A stretch of DNA of 63,650 bases, filler included, from Octopus bimaculoides (taxonomy: Eukaryota), in assembly GCF_001194135.2 (NCBI RefSeq). It is 6 parts of 6 records of this genome, joined end to end, with 100 filler letters (N's around TTAATTAATTAA, not from the genome) between each part and the next. Parts side by side here need not be neighbours in the genome. Positions count along the whole stretch, not along the records: positions 1 to 20,169 come from NC_068986.1; positions 20,270 to 29,847 come from NC_068982.1; 4 more parts are not named here. One strand, 5' to 3'. The notes beneath the pieces are model-generated. The model worked only from the letters and a program-made list of their open reading frames with translations. It was not told the DNA's origin and made no database searches. Shown here one piece after another: positions 12,873 to 26,829 of this stretch; positions within the stretch are counted from its first letter, which is position 1, and each line of letters begins with the position of its first letter. The position numbers and the translations under genes are program-made.

Positions 12873-13702
12873 TGTGTGTGTTTGTGTGTTTGTGTGTGTG
12901 TGTGTGTGTGTGTCCAGGTGTGTGTGTATGTAACATTGTGAACGCATTGCCTTGTNNNNNNNNNNNNNNNNNNNNNNNNNNNNNNNNNNNNNNNNNNNNN
13001 NNNNNNNNNNNNNNNNNNNNNNNNNNNNNNNNNNNNNNNNNNNNNNNNNNNNNNNNNNNNNNNNNNNNNNNNNNNNNNNNNNNNNNNNNNNNNNNNNNNN
13101 NNNNNNNNNNNNNNNNNNNNNNNNNNNNNNNNNNNNNNNNNNNNNNNNNNNNNNNNNNNNNNNNNNNNNNNNNNNNNNNNNNNNNNNNNNNNNNNNNNNN
13201 NNNNNNNNNNNNNNNNNNNNNNNNNNNNNNNNNNNNNNNNNNNNNNNNNNNNNNNNNNNNNNNNNNNNNNNNNNNNNNNNNNNNNNNNNNNNNNNNNNNN
13301 NNNNNNNNNNNNNNNNNNNNNNNNNNNNNNNNNNNNNNNNNNNNNNNNNNNNNNNNNNNNNNNNNNNNNNNNNNNNNNNNNNNNNNNNNNNNNNNNNNNN
13401 NNNNNNNNNNNNNNNNNNNNNNNNNNNNNNNNNNNNNNNNNNNNNNNNNNNNNNNNNNNNNNNNNNNNNNNNNNNNNNNNNNNNNNNNNNNNNNNNNNNN
13501 NNNNNNNNNNNNNNNNNNNNNNNNNNNNNNNNNNNNNNNNNNNNNNNNNNNNNNNNNNNNNNNNNNNNNNNNNNNNNNNNNNNNNNNNNNNNNNNNNNNN
13601 NNNNNNNNNNNNNNNNNNNNNNNNNNNNNNNNNNNNNNNNNNNNNNNNNNNNNNNNNNNNNNNNNNNNNNGTGTCACATATTTTTATATATATATATATA
13701 TA

Positions 13703-14070
13703 AGGTGCAGGAGTGGGTGTGTGGTAAGTAGCTTGCTAACCAACCACATGGTTCCAGGTTCAGTCCCACTGCGTGGCACCTTGGGCAAGTGTCATCTACT
13801 ATAACCTCGTGCCGACCAAAGCCTTGTGAGTGGATTTGGTAGACGTAAACTGAAAGAAGCCTGTCGTATATGTATATATATGTGTGTGTGTGTGTTCATG
13901 CCCCACTCAACATCGCTTGACATCGATGCTGGTGTGTTTACGTCTCCGTAACTTAGCGGTTCGGCATAAGAGCCCGATAGAATAAGTACTAGGCTTACAA
14001 AGAATTTGCTCGACTAAAGGCGGTGCTCCAGCATGGCCGCAGTAAAAATGGCTGAAACGAATAAAAGAAT
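13703..14070 (+). mobile_element. SINE family A, full length
   Basis: tRNA-like head (gtgtgtggtaag..ggttcagtccc), accttgggcaagtg core-like block, internal (TA)/(TG) tract, aaaagaataaaag tail; reverse copy at 39433-39900. Confidence 0.85.
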
Positions 14071-14417
14071 AAAAGAAAAGAATATATAAATATATATGTG
14101 TGTGTGTGTATTTATATGCACATATATAGATATACATATATATATATATATATTTATATATACATATATTTACTTATATATACATATACATATGAATTCA
14201 TATATATATATATATATATANNNNNNNNNNNNNNNNNNNNNNNNNNNNNNNNNNNNNNNNNNNNNNNNNNNNNNNNNNNNNNNNNNNNNNNNNNNNNNNN
14301 NNNNNNNNNNNNNNNNNNNNTATATATATATATATATATATATGGTATGATTAAGTCTATGCATTAAGCAAAAAGTGTTGGTTCATACAGAGTAGAAGGG
14401 ATCAGATAAATAGATTT

Positions 14418-14582
14418 CCTTTTACTTTTATTGCTTTTTTATGCTTCAACCATCTGACTGCGGCCATGTTGGAGCACCTTCTATAGTCGAAAAAATCGAC
14501 CAAGGACTTATTCTTTGTAAGCCCAGCACTTATTCTATGGGTTATCTTTATTCGAACCGCTAAGTTACATGGATGCAAACTG
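14418..14582 (-). mobile_element. SINE family A, 3' half
   Basis: Reverse complement of the family A 3' region. Confidence 0.7.
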
Positions 14583-15593
14583 ACTGTTCTAACTTCAGAC
14601 ATACAGTATGAATGATTATATTATTTAATGTGTACTTTCTTTAGGACGGCAGTATATGATTTGAAGGAGATTTCGCTGGTATTCCTTGCAAGTCAAGGGA
14701 CCACGTAGGCACTTCATCGTTTGCTTCCTCTCACTCCCCCTCTCTTTATCTTTCTCTCTCAATCTAACTGTCTCTCTATCTCACGCCAAATCTTTCTCTC
14801 TCACTCGGTTCTTAAATAGTCAGCAAACATAACGGAAAGACTTCTAAATTTTGCTACACAAAATTATTTATCTACTAACTAATTTTTTTAGGACGGTAAG
14901 TTCTGATTTGCAGGGAATTCAGTTATTATTTCAAGGAGATTAATCACCCAGTAACTATGTTGAGTCTCCCACGTCGACTCAAAATATTGGGTGTAGTTTT
15001 TAATTAGGCATACATTGTATTTTATTTCCAGTAAAATCAGAAGAGAGTCGTGAGGTCTATGCCCTCTCAATCCCTAATACTTCTATACTATAAATATTGG
15101 TTTAATTTCACTTAATTATGTTAATTATATTTAATTAATTATGTAAACTAAATTTCTAGAATCTTTGTAAATTTTCCCTTGTTTCTTTCTCAGGTGATAT
15201 ACTAAGTTACGTACACAAATTCTTAAGATGTTTAAGTTTTTCCTCTGAACTGGAGAAATTAAACGCAAACTTGCTGGTGAATGATATCGCCTGTCAAAGA
15301 GAAGGAAACTTCGTTCTAAGAAACTTAGAATAAATCTCTTGAATAAATTTGCTTAATTTAGTTTTTTGTCGTTGTTTTTTTTTGCGGTAAGAGACAACTA
15401 TAGACAATTGTTTAAGTATTTTAGACCTCGTCTGCAAAGTTGTCTGACAGAGCCAGCAGACTAGAATTATATTTTTGTATATATATAAAAAGAATCCGAT
15501 GAAAATTTGAGTCAAGAATAATATGCATAATGATACATACATACATACATACCCACAACTACATATATACATACACATATTTATATGTGTGTA

Positions 15594-15681
<88 letters not shown>

Positions 15682-16330
15682 TGTATATATGTATGTATGT
15701 AAGCACGTGTACACAATAGGAGAAAATAATCCTTTTTACTATAGGCAAAAAGCCTGAAGTTTGGAGGGTGAAGGCTAATGGATTACATCGACCCAAGTGA
15801 TTGACTTGTACTTATCTTATCGACCACGAAATGATGAAAGATGGAATCAACCTTAGTGGAACAGCTACAGAAAATAAGAGTTCCAATGTTCGATGAATTT
15901 TATACCAAGCATACACGATTGAGAGTTCAGTAGTTTTCAATTTAATAAGTGATATTAACAATTATATCCGATGAAGTTTTTTAAAAGTAAGAAAAGAGAT
16001 GGAAACTTTTCTTTCAAAATTTCTCTTGTAGTACATAAAAAAAGAATCCTGCGTCGTTAGTTTTGCTGTGAAATTTATTGAATATTGAAATTTGTATATA
16101 CGTTTGATTTTTTAAAGCATGTTTTACCGATTTTTCTCTTGTATCTTCTATCTCTCTTAAACTTTGTTTTATTTACCATTGAAAAACAAAATAAAATTAT
16201 TGAAACCGATATGATATCTTAATGAATTCAAGCGATATCATATTTTAATGAATTCAAAGCACAATTCCTTTTAAGACTCAGGTGTAATTTCAGCACCCCA
16301 AGCCAATTTTTCTACACATACATACATACA

Positions 16331-16364
<34 letters not shown>

Positions 16365-16789
16365 CATACATAGATACATACATACATACATGCATACATG
16401 TATACATGTATACATACGTGCATACATGCATACATACATACACACATACATACACAAACACGAACACACACATACATACATTGATAATTAAAGAAGTCTA
16501 TAATGGACCAACAACTGGATTACTACCTCCCACTTTGAAGAGTATACGTTTGTAAACCAGGAAGAAGAAATATCAACCAAATACCGGATATCGCAAATAG
16601 AAGACAGAAACGCAAGATAACCGATGCAGATTTCACATACATACATACATACATACATACATACATACATTCATACGTACATACTTACATACATACATAC
16701 ATAATGCATGTATACATACATACATTCATACATACATACATACATAATACATACATGCATACATGCATACATACGGTACCGTTGACATC

Positions 16790-19000
16790 AGACGTACAGG
16801 CGTAGAGGACCGTTTAACACTTATTTTTGAACGTTTCCTTCCAGTAACTGATTTATTTCTCCAAGTATAAATAAAAGAAACTCATAGGTAGCGTTATTGG
16901 GAGCGGATTTTAAAGTACACTGTAAATCACGCGGAATTCCACCAGCATGATCATGGCAGAAATTAATAACAACACCATCAATGAAAACAGCCCTACAGCA
17001 CAAGTGAGCTATTTAAGAAGACGTAAGTTCTCTTCTCATTTTACTTGGGCTCTACATCTAAACCAAGATCTACTTGGATGCAATGAAAAAGCCTGTGGGG
17101 ACCCTTCTATCGGATATATGAAGCGGTTAAAAAACATTGGGACGAGGCTCACCCCAACTTAAACACCTTTACAGCGAAACGGCTTCAGCAACAAGCACCT
17201 TTCTTTGGGAAAAAATGGCGTGCTCTTGTGATGTAAATCGATCTTCTAAAAACACTGAGAAATGACCAAAACATGTCAGAAGAGAGATCGTAAATAATGG
17301 AAACAAACTACTGTCGCCGTCACTAAATTTTCTTGTCTCTCCAAATATAGCTGAGTGGACAGAGACAATTGTAGAATACACTCAACTTAAAAACATCTTG
17401 AAACCAGTTTGTAGAAAAGTTCCCTCACTTTCTGAGGCCATTTTAACAAGATTAAGAAAAGAATCCAACTGCTGTAAAGTTGAAAGTTATAGACGATGTC
17501 GCTAGAGTGCACATGGAATCATGTGATGTTAATTACTAGAATATTAATATCTTCACAGACACAGCTGCTGTCACTCTTCAAGAACATTTAGGAGAGATCT
17601 GCAGTATACATAATAATGAAATTACTAAATAGGAGCAACCTAGATAGAAAACAAAGCTTGAAGAAGACATCAACAATTTGTGCCGCCATATTGGATGGAA
17701 GGTTAATTACTCTAAATCACGAACTCATGGCGCTGAGTGTGAAATCTTCGCTACCGCAGGCGAAGTTTTGAGCGAGTATGTATAAATCACAAGTTTGTTT
17801 CTAACTCATAGGCATTATACAGGGAGATGAGGAACGAAAATATTGCCGTTAAGAAAGCCCCGTCTCAAGATCTTGAATCATTCTGGTTGAAAGAAAAGAG
17901 AGATTTCAATCTTAATGCATTGTGGCTAAATGTCGTAAGGATATAATACTGTACCAACATCAATATTAAAGCATATGTAATTGATCCGGAAACTTTCACC
18001 ATTGCTGTAGGCAAACTGCATAAGGAGAAAGTACCTGGAAGAGTCCTAATAATTATATGTTGGTGCAAGAAACTGATATTTTCCCGAAAACCATTGATAT
18101 GTACGTATATTCAAAAGCATTATGGAAGGTCGGATTGATTTACCAAATTGGTTTGCTACAGCATGGATAAATCTTGTAGCCAAGAATGAAAACACCGCGT
18201 TGGCAGAAAACTATCGGCCCATTGCTTGCCTAAACATTATGTACAAACTGTACACAAGCTGCCTCAATCAATTCTTCCAGGATCATTGTGAGCCCAACAA
18301 CATCGTGACTGTTGAGGAGGCAAAATGAAAGGAGGGCGCGTGGGGATATGCTGAACAACTTTTGATAAATAAAGCTGCACTGCTGAAGCGAAAAAACACT
18401 GTAAAGTCTTTGTAACAGCATGGCTTGATTATAGGAAGGCATTCGACTCTATTCTACACTCATGGCTGTTGAAGTGTCTACTTTTATCAACAATGACTGA
18501 TTCATTGATTACTGTCACCGAGACCTGAGCAACAATTCTAACGCTTGAAGCTGAGAGCAGAGCGATCGTCCACAGTGTTATAAATATTTCATAAGGAATA
18601 TTCAAAGAGATAATCTTTCTGTTATTCTGCTCGTTTTAAATCATCATTTCTGCTACAAAAATCAAATGGCTACATGCTAGGGTCTGCAAATGCTACAAAT
18701 ATTAATGTAACTCATAATTTCTTTGTGAATGACGTCAAGATTTATGCTGAAAATGTTAACATTATATAAAAAAAACAGTTTGAATTAACAACATTTTCAG
18801 ATGACATCGGAATAGACTTTGGCCAAAAGAAATGTTCGCATTTGAATGTTGACTGTGGAAAATCAGTCCCTCAGGCTCTAAACCTGTGCATGAATGGTTT
18901 CACTATCTCTCCTGTCTCTTACAAAGGAAGCTACAATTACCTAGGCATTGATGAAAACATAACATACGAAGGTACTGTGAATAAAGAAACAGTTTTCAAG
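16790..19000 (+). mobile_element. R4/Dong-like LINE, decayed 5' region and reverse transcriptase
   Basis: N-terminal W..HLNQDL..C..GYMKRLK; RT motifs NYRPIACLNIMYKLYT, EQLLINK, AWLDYRKAFDS, FVNDVK (a YxDD-like motif), FSDDIGIDFGQKKC; multiple stops and frameshifts. Confidence 0.85.
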
Positions 19001-19160
19001 CATAATCCTGTGCTGTTGGCATCTGAATTGCAATTTTGTTTTATATAAATCCAATACTCGACCTACTGTGAAATTCAATACTCAATTTTAAAGCCGAACT
19101 CGCTATTAACAGAAGTATAACTGTATCCACGTCTTTGTTGCTTGCTGGACTAACTACTAT

Positions 19161-19218
<58 letters not shown>

Positions 19219-19663
19219 GCGACGAACAGACAGACAGAAGAAAGATGAATCTGTGTACTTCAGGGGAGAGAATTTTTTTTTTCTCTAATTTTCAGTTGAA
19301 AAGTTTTTGCTATAGTTGTATTCTTTTTGGTGCAATATGCTTTTTTGTTTAAATGAAAATGATTTAATTTGACTATCGTTTGCTCGTGTTGAAGTTAGGA
19401 GGTTATCAAGAATTCTTTTAAACATTTTTCTTTTGTTTGTTTTTGTATTTCTGATCAGCACTTGTCAGACCGACAGAGAGATCTTGAAGACGAGAAGCTG
19501 CATAAAACATTAACCGAATAAATTTACNNNNNNNNNNNNNNNNNNNNNNNNNNNNNNNNNNNNNNNNNNNNNNNNNNNNNNNNNNNNNNNNNNNNNNNNN
19601 NNNNNNNNNNNNNNNNNNNNNNNNNNNNNNNNNNNNNNNNNNNNNNNNNNNNNNNNNNNNNNN

Positions 19664-19729
<66 letters not shown>

Positions 19730-20125
19730 CACACACACACAAATCTATTCATGTCTATTAGTTAAGCATAAAGGGCTGTATTGTTGAGAGAAGTAAAATG
19801 TTGTTTTGAAACGTCCTCAATCTTGTCACGAGCATTAGCAACGTAAATGCAGCATAGATAAAAACATTGTACTTGCTCCCTGTCTCTCTTTCACTCCGTT
19901 ACCCTTTGCATCCATCCATCCATCCATCCATTCATGTATGGATGTATGTATAAATGTATGTATGTATAAATGTATGTATGCATTTTAGATGATTTTACAT
20001 TTAGAAAAATCTGGGAAGAATTGAAATTGTGAGTGTAACGTTCAAGAACATTAGACAAGTGATTTGATAACATGCAACAATCGAAACCTTATTCTTGGAG
20101 TTACCTGAAACAGAGCCTTCCACGC

Positions 20126-20156
<31 letters not shown>

Positions 20157-20269
20157 TGTATGTATGTATNNNNNNNNNNNNNNNNNNNNNNNNNNNNNNN
20201 NNNNNNNNNNNNNTTAATTAATTAANNNNNNNNNNNNNNNNNNNNNNNNNNNNNNNNNNNNNNNNNNNN

Positions 20270-20595
20270 GTTTCCCCTCACCTACCACCCCACCACCCTA
20301 CCTTTCCAACTCACCATTCTCCAAGCCTTCCGGCGACTCCAGTCCGATCCCTCCACTTCGCACAACTTCCCTAACCGACCCCTCCCCTCTCCTCCTTCAA
20401 ACGAGCCCACAATCTACGAGACCTCTTAGTCCACAGCTTTTTCCCTAACCCAACCTCCCAACCCGACTCGTTCCCCTGCTCCCGTCCACGCTGCCGCACT
20501 TGCCCTTACTTCCCCAGCACCTATCACCGATTCTTTCACCTGCACTTCTACCAATGTCATCTACTGCATCTCCTGCTCTCTGTCCTCTTACATTA
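20270..20595 (+). mobile_element. Penelope-like element (Poseidon-type) linker and start of GIY-YIG
   Basis: LTYHP..NLRDLLVHS..FPCSRPRCRTCPY..FTCTSTNVIYCISC. Confidence 0.8.
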
Positions 20596-20799
20596 ATGTG
20601 CATAATGTTGATGTAAGTTGCTTTTATTTACATCAGACATTACCATCCAGTGGTGCAAGATGGTATTTCAAAGGGAAGATATTTACTTTCTAAAATTGCT
20701 TTTCAGTATAAAAGTATTTAATAACTATTGAAAACAACTTTGTTCTCTTAAACCCACAAAGAACTTTAATATCCTACAAATACAGATTAAACCCTTAAA

Positions 20800-20935
20800 T
20801 TATAGTTGTGTCTTCATTCAATTTGCGGTGACATACTTGTGTGAATCTAGATTCAGTTCTCTTTCGTCAATCAAGACAAAATCATGGTATCGCCTGAACC
20901 CAGAAGCAGGCATGCGAATCGCAAAAGAGAAAACG
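20800..20935 (+). mobile_element. hAT (Buster/Charlie-like) transposase dimerisation-domain fragment
   Basis: TYLCESRFSSLSSIKTKSWYRLNPEAGMRIA matches the TYLCE.GFS.L..IKTK.RNRL pattern. Confidence 0.75.
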
Positions 20936-21429
20936 TTTCACATTTTGGTGGCTGTCAAGAATGAGATGCGGAAACAACAAAGCCGTCGGATTTTATATTC
21001 ACAAGTGATCGCTTTCACCGTTAATAATTTCTTTGTCATCTAATTGTTCGATTCACATTTTCATTTTATACACTAAGTCAAAAGCTTATTTTTTAAGTTC
21101 AGTTTGTTCACCCGCAGTGCTATATGTAGTTCAATTTTTAAAAAAAATTATTAATAGTTACCAGGAAATTTACCATGGTAACAATACTTCCCGTGCAACG
21201 CCCGGTATTCCAATAAAAACTGGAGAAATAAACAAGCGTCTTCAAAGATTGACAAATTTTTTTTTTTATCAAAGTAGCTGACCAAAATACTCGAGTGAAT
21301 TGTCTCCGAAATACTTCGTATTTATCAAGGACATTTTTCTCAATTGTTTTGAAAAATTGAATCAGTTAACAGATTCAATAGAATAACTAAGCTTGTTTGT
21401 ATATAAGATGAATGAATGACTGCATTTAG

Positions 21430-22330
21430 GCTAAAAACATGTGCTGGGAGTACTGCTATACTCCGTCGCCAAATGCAGGAGTAGACGTTTTACCAAGCGG
21501 TAGAAGCAGTTCTGTGAATGTTCGGCCCCTTCCATCGCGACACCAGAATTGCCCGGAGTCACTGATGTAGCCAACAAACCTCCCACACAACGGCACGAAC
21601 TTGGTTGAGTCATGCTGCGACTCTGGGTCAGATGTTTCTATCATCCTCGACGCTCGTTCTTGCTATACCACTCGTACTCTCGCTTGAGCCAAATGTAATG
21701 GTTTGCTTTCTCAGCGGCTCCTGACAATTTTCTGTAAACATCTTTTCTCTCTTTTGCACCTAGTCCAAATGTCTTGAGCATCGAGTGAATCCTAATTGAA
21801 AAAAAAATTCTCTAACGTCCACCACTACAAGAAGACACTGCCTCCCATCCGTTGTTTTCACAGAGTTCGGCCAATTCACTGTATTTTGTATTTCTTGAGG
21901 AAAGCATCTTCAATGCACAATTCCCAGGAAATGTCAGCTTTACCATTTTACCGCCCTTCTTTTCTTTTGCACCACATGACAAGGTCGGGTCTTGTAGTGG
22001 CAAAAAGTGAGAAGTGATATTTACCATCCCATTTTGGATCATTCTTCTTCCTTACAGTGGTTGGCTTGCAACGTTCACTTACCCTACAAAACTCGAGCTT
22101 TCTACGCTCCACTACTTGTGGCTCTTCACCGTTGTTAGTTCGCTTTACCCTCTTTGCATCTACATCAACCAATACTATAAGTACTTGGTTATGCTGCTAT
22201 ATATCTGCGCTCCAGACCTTGTGGCAGTTAGAGAACGTGTACCTTATCGTTCCGACCTTTCGTATTTGCAAAGACAACTTATCTCTATTTTCCAACGTTT
22301 TAGGTTGGCAGGACCAGGGGGTGTTGGAAA
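21430..22330 (-). mobile_element. HERO/NeSL-like RLE non-LTR retrotransposon, 3' end
   Basis: TTRPDLVMW..K; LTFP..RNTKYSELAELCENNGWEA; followed by a 3' UTR. Confidence 0.75.
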
Positions 22331-22428
22331 TTAAATAAAAATTAAGAAGGTACGTAATTAAAAAGGTACGTAGAGGTAGAAAATGCTTCTTGCGCAAATG
22401 AGCCGTGTATCGTTTATAGAAAGATATA

Positions 22429-22655
22429 CAGTAATCCCTCGCGGTTCACCTATCGCGCACTCAGTACATTGCGGTTCACCTATCGCGCACTCATTACATC
22501 GCGGATTTTTCTGGCTAATGTATGTAAATTTATGTTGTGGACTCCTCAGTATATCCGAGTTTCTGCGGCCGATAGGTATTTATATTTTTTCAGATTTTAA
22601 TTATTTCTGTGACAGGATTTGGAACGTAACACTCGCGATAGTCAAGGGATTACTG
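22429..22655. mobile_element. Tigger/pogo-type MITE
   Basis: TIRs CAGTAATCCCT / AGGGATTACTG flanked by TA on both sides; internal 30-bp tandem duplication at 22440-22499. Confidence 0.9.
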
Positions 22656-24840
22656 TAGTAAGAGTGTGTGTGTATGTACATATATATGTATCTATATATG
22701 TGTGTGTGAGTGTGTGATTGTCACGGCTGGAATGGCAGTTTATTTACTTTTACTATAGGTTATTAAAGCATAATGTTTTAGAAGTTTAAAAAGTAACGTG
22801 TGTATCTGTAACAAATAATATACCTACTGAGTTCGAAATATTGCATTTATTCAAAAGTACGATGATTCTCATTCAACAAGTTAAATTAGCCCCTTATGGG
22901 CATTATTTTCCTGGCAACGCCGGGTATTCTAGTAAGACTAGAGAAACAAACAAGTATCTTCAAAGATTGACGACTTCTCAGAAAATGTTTAAAAAAAACA
23001 AAAAAACATTGAATCAGTTAACAGATTTGAAAATTCACTAGAATGAATTACTTAGCAAATAACAAGAATGATTAACTGCACTTCGCTATTCAATCTGCTT
23101 CATTTATATTAGTCTCTATGACAGAAGTAAAATAACTTCTTGATAAAAATGAAACTTGTGTTGCTAAATCTCAGGAAACTTGCATCCCCACTTAATGTAG
23201 GAATAATAATAATGATGATGATGATGATGATGATAATAATAATGGATTTCTTAACTAATGTTTTGTACTGAGGAAATATAGATTAATCGATTCTAATACT
23301 GCACTGGTAATTTTGAAATAGAAAACGCATTTTGTCATTCAAGTGACTTGAACGTTGGCGACGAACTTTTGAAGCAGTTAGTTCGATATATAAAATAATG
23401 AGCTTATATCTACAAACCGTTCTGCTGTTAGTTGTTCAATTCTAGATCAACCCTGACTGAGCAGACTTATGACCAAAAGTATTACAGTCGTGGGATATCA
23501 CGGATTACATAGTAGTGCAATTTCAGAGAGAGTGGGCTGCTATTTTTAGCCGTTTAAACGACCACATGTAGGCCTTCTCGTTGGCTTCTGACCCTTCTCT
23601 GTATTTGGCGCTCTACACACGTCTATCTACACGTAATACCAAACCCTGGATTACGTATATGTACATATATGATAATATTATAACGCAATGCAATATAGTA
23701 TAACATAATATACAATTATTATCTTATTTTGTTTTATGTTTCTAAATTTAAATATTAATTCTGGTTCCCTGAATTCTTAACTGATAAAGTACAGTTCAGT
23801 GGGAAAAACGGCTAAACAGTTGCCTCATGAATATTTCCAATTACGGGACACGGAAGTACGTTTCATTTATAAACCGAGAGAAACTAGTGGTTGCCCAACC
23901 GGCTAGAAATAGCAGCAGAATCACTTTCAAAACTCTACCGTAATAATGAAATGAACACACTATATTATAGTAAGACTTTCAATAACAAAGGATAGGCATA
24001 ACTAGAATACCTTTAGTTATAGGTTTATACGGTTATGATTGACCTACGCTCAACTACAATAACATTTCGTAATTTTCATATGTTTTTGTTTAGTTTTCAT
24101 TTTCTTCATCCAATATTCACAGTACGATAACCTCACATTACGTAGACTTGTCTCATTGTTTGACGTATTAAAAGATATTATCGTTGAACAATCACATATA
24201 TATGTGTGGGTTGCGGCTGTTGTTGTTTACGATAAACAGGTTCGTTCGGCTCCCAGTGCTGCTACTATTTATGAATGAACAAACAAAATATCAACATCTG
24301 GCTAACTGTTTATAATTCGACCCACTCGCCTTGCTGAAGGCTGCTGCTCTCAACAATATAAGTGCAGTTTTACTGCGAGGAGAAAAGTGAATCTCTTACT
24401 TTGGTTTTATATATAATATATATATATCTGTAATATAAAAGAAAATATTTATTTGAAACCTGCCTACTCAAAGATTATCCGGTAATTCATTATTTATAAA
24501 TTTAGTCATTTTATCATTCGTTTTCATCTTTGTATAGTTTNNNNNNNNNNNNNNNNNNNNNNNNNNNNNNNNNNNNNNNNNNNNNNNNNNNNNNNNNNNN
24601 NNNNNNNNNNNNNNNNNNNNNNNNNNNNNNNNNNNNNNNNNNNNNNNNNNNNNNNNNNNNNNNNNNNNNNNNNNNNNNNNNNNNNNNNNNNNNNNNNNNN
24701 NNNNNNNNNNNNNNNNNNNNNNNNNNNNNNNNNNNNNNNNNNNNNNNNNNNNNNNNNNNNNNNNNNNNNNNNNNNNNNNNNNNNNNNNNNNNNNNNNNNN
24801 NNNNNNNNNNNNNNNNNNNNNNNNNNNNNNNNNNNNNNNN

Positions 24841-24900
<60 letters not shown>

Positions 24901-25591
24901 TCTGTTGTGTCTGGGGAGAGTCGTATATATATATAATATTTATTGCCTACAATAAATAAACTCGGTGTATATTCTGGTTGTTGTTTAGCCTCGGGTTAGC
25001 GTCTGTGCAAACAGACCTTTGCTTATAGGTGTTCCGGTTATGACCATCCCGTCATTTTTGCAGGCTTAGTGTATCTGAGTCTATGTTATTAAATGTCTTT
25101 AAAAAGAAAGCTAGTGAGGTGTGATTTCATCTATTCAGCTACTGCTTTTAACAGTTCGAACGACCTCGTTAAGACGCCGTCATGCACTCCGTTATTGCGA
25201 TATTTATCACCTTGATACCATAATCAGATTATTTGGATGGTCGGTACGGAATGTCATGGTCATGGCAGTCCTTTTTCTTGGAGAGTCGGTATCAATGTAG
25301 AAACAACTGATGCGAGGGAGAATCACAGTGATCCACTGAGTTTTAGTAAAAAAATATATATTAAGTTTATAAAACAACTTCAAACAGTGTGACTTGCGGA
25401 ATATACAAGAAAAAGACAAAAAAACACACACACGCACATAAAAAAACGCTTACTATTCTGGTTCAAACAATTGTAGACATTTGACATGAAATGAAGAGAG
25501 AAATGATGGACAGATATATATTTTTAAAAGAATTTCCGCGTTCCATCCGTATTTACGATTTCATTTCATTCATTCATGTACATGATTGCGC

Positions 25592-25637
<46 letters not shown>

Positions 25638-26829
25638 TTATACATTTGGTAAATATTTTAATCCATGGGTAATCTTCCTTCTGCTAACTCAGTTGTAAGC
25701 TACCGACTCTATTCACTTTGAGTGGGTAACACACACATACGTTTCTATTTGCTTTTATTCATTGGACTATGTCTGCACAAGGGCATTGCTTCCAAAGGTT
25801 TTAGTAGATTAAATCGACCCTAGTACTTATCTTGCAAGTTTGGAACTTAGCGATCTTATTTGTCGCACTGCTAAGTTACAGGACATAAACACATACACCG
25901 TTTGTTTTTGCATTGTGATCGCTGACACACCTACAAACAGACATCTACAAATAGGTATGTTGCGTGTATGTTAAATTGAGTATTGTCGCTTTTGCGATCC
26001 TTAATTTCAAGTTGGTTATTTTAGTTCTATATATATATATATGGCATTTTTTATGACTATGCCTTTGTTGGTTAGTCCTCAAGTAGCTGGGGTTTTACTA
26101 CTACTACTACTATTATTTAATTTGGATTATTATTATTACCGTTATTTTCAATTTAGAATTTTAGCTTCACGAATACTTTTAACATCTTGCCAATTAGTAC
26201 GATACCTTAGATTGCTGGGCGTGTTCACAGTAAAGATAAATTAGAGTGGGGTAATTTTCTTTTAAAAAAAAAAAAGAAAACAAAATAATTACCTAAATTT
26301 CTAAAAAAAAAAAAAAAAAAAAAAGATGTACTGAAACCCCCACTCCCATGGAACTCACAAAGAGAGGTATATATAAATATATAAGATCGCATTAAAAGAC
26401 CTAACCGTAAAAGCGAGGGTACTCCTTAAATCTTATTTCAGCATGTAAAAAGTTGAAATGTATTATGTGAAAGAAATGAAAGTAAAAATGTCGGAAGTGA
26501 CGATAGCAATATGTGTGAAAGGAAAATATAAAATGTTTTATTTCATTAACTCACTGTGAATGATGTCGCGTCCACAGGCACCCCCCCTTATTTATTACAA
26601 TATATGTGTGTGTGTGTGTGTGTGTGTTATAAATATATATGTATGTCTATTATAATAAATGCCAAAACGATTTTCTGTGTGTCAGTGTGTCACACTTTGA
26701 CCCCCCTCTCTCACTATTCAATGACACTTCTACTATTCCTCCTGCTAGGGTGAAAGTAATAGTAGGCATAGGGACGGTAAGGGCGGTAATAGATTGACAG
26801 TTGTGATGGTAATGGAGTGATAGCAATAG

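Noticed and set aside
26492-26502. CGGAAGTGACG ETS-CRE-like motif
   Set aside because: Isolated 11-mer with no supporting promoter or gene evidence
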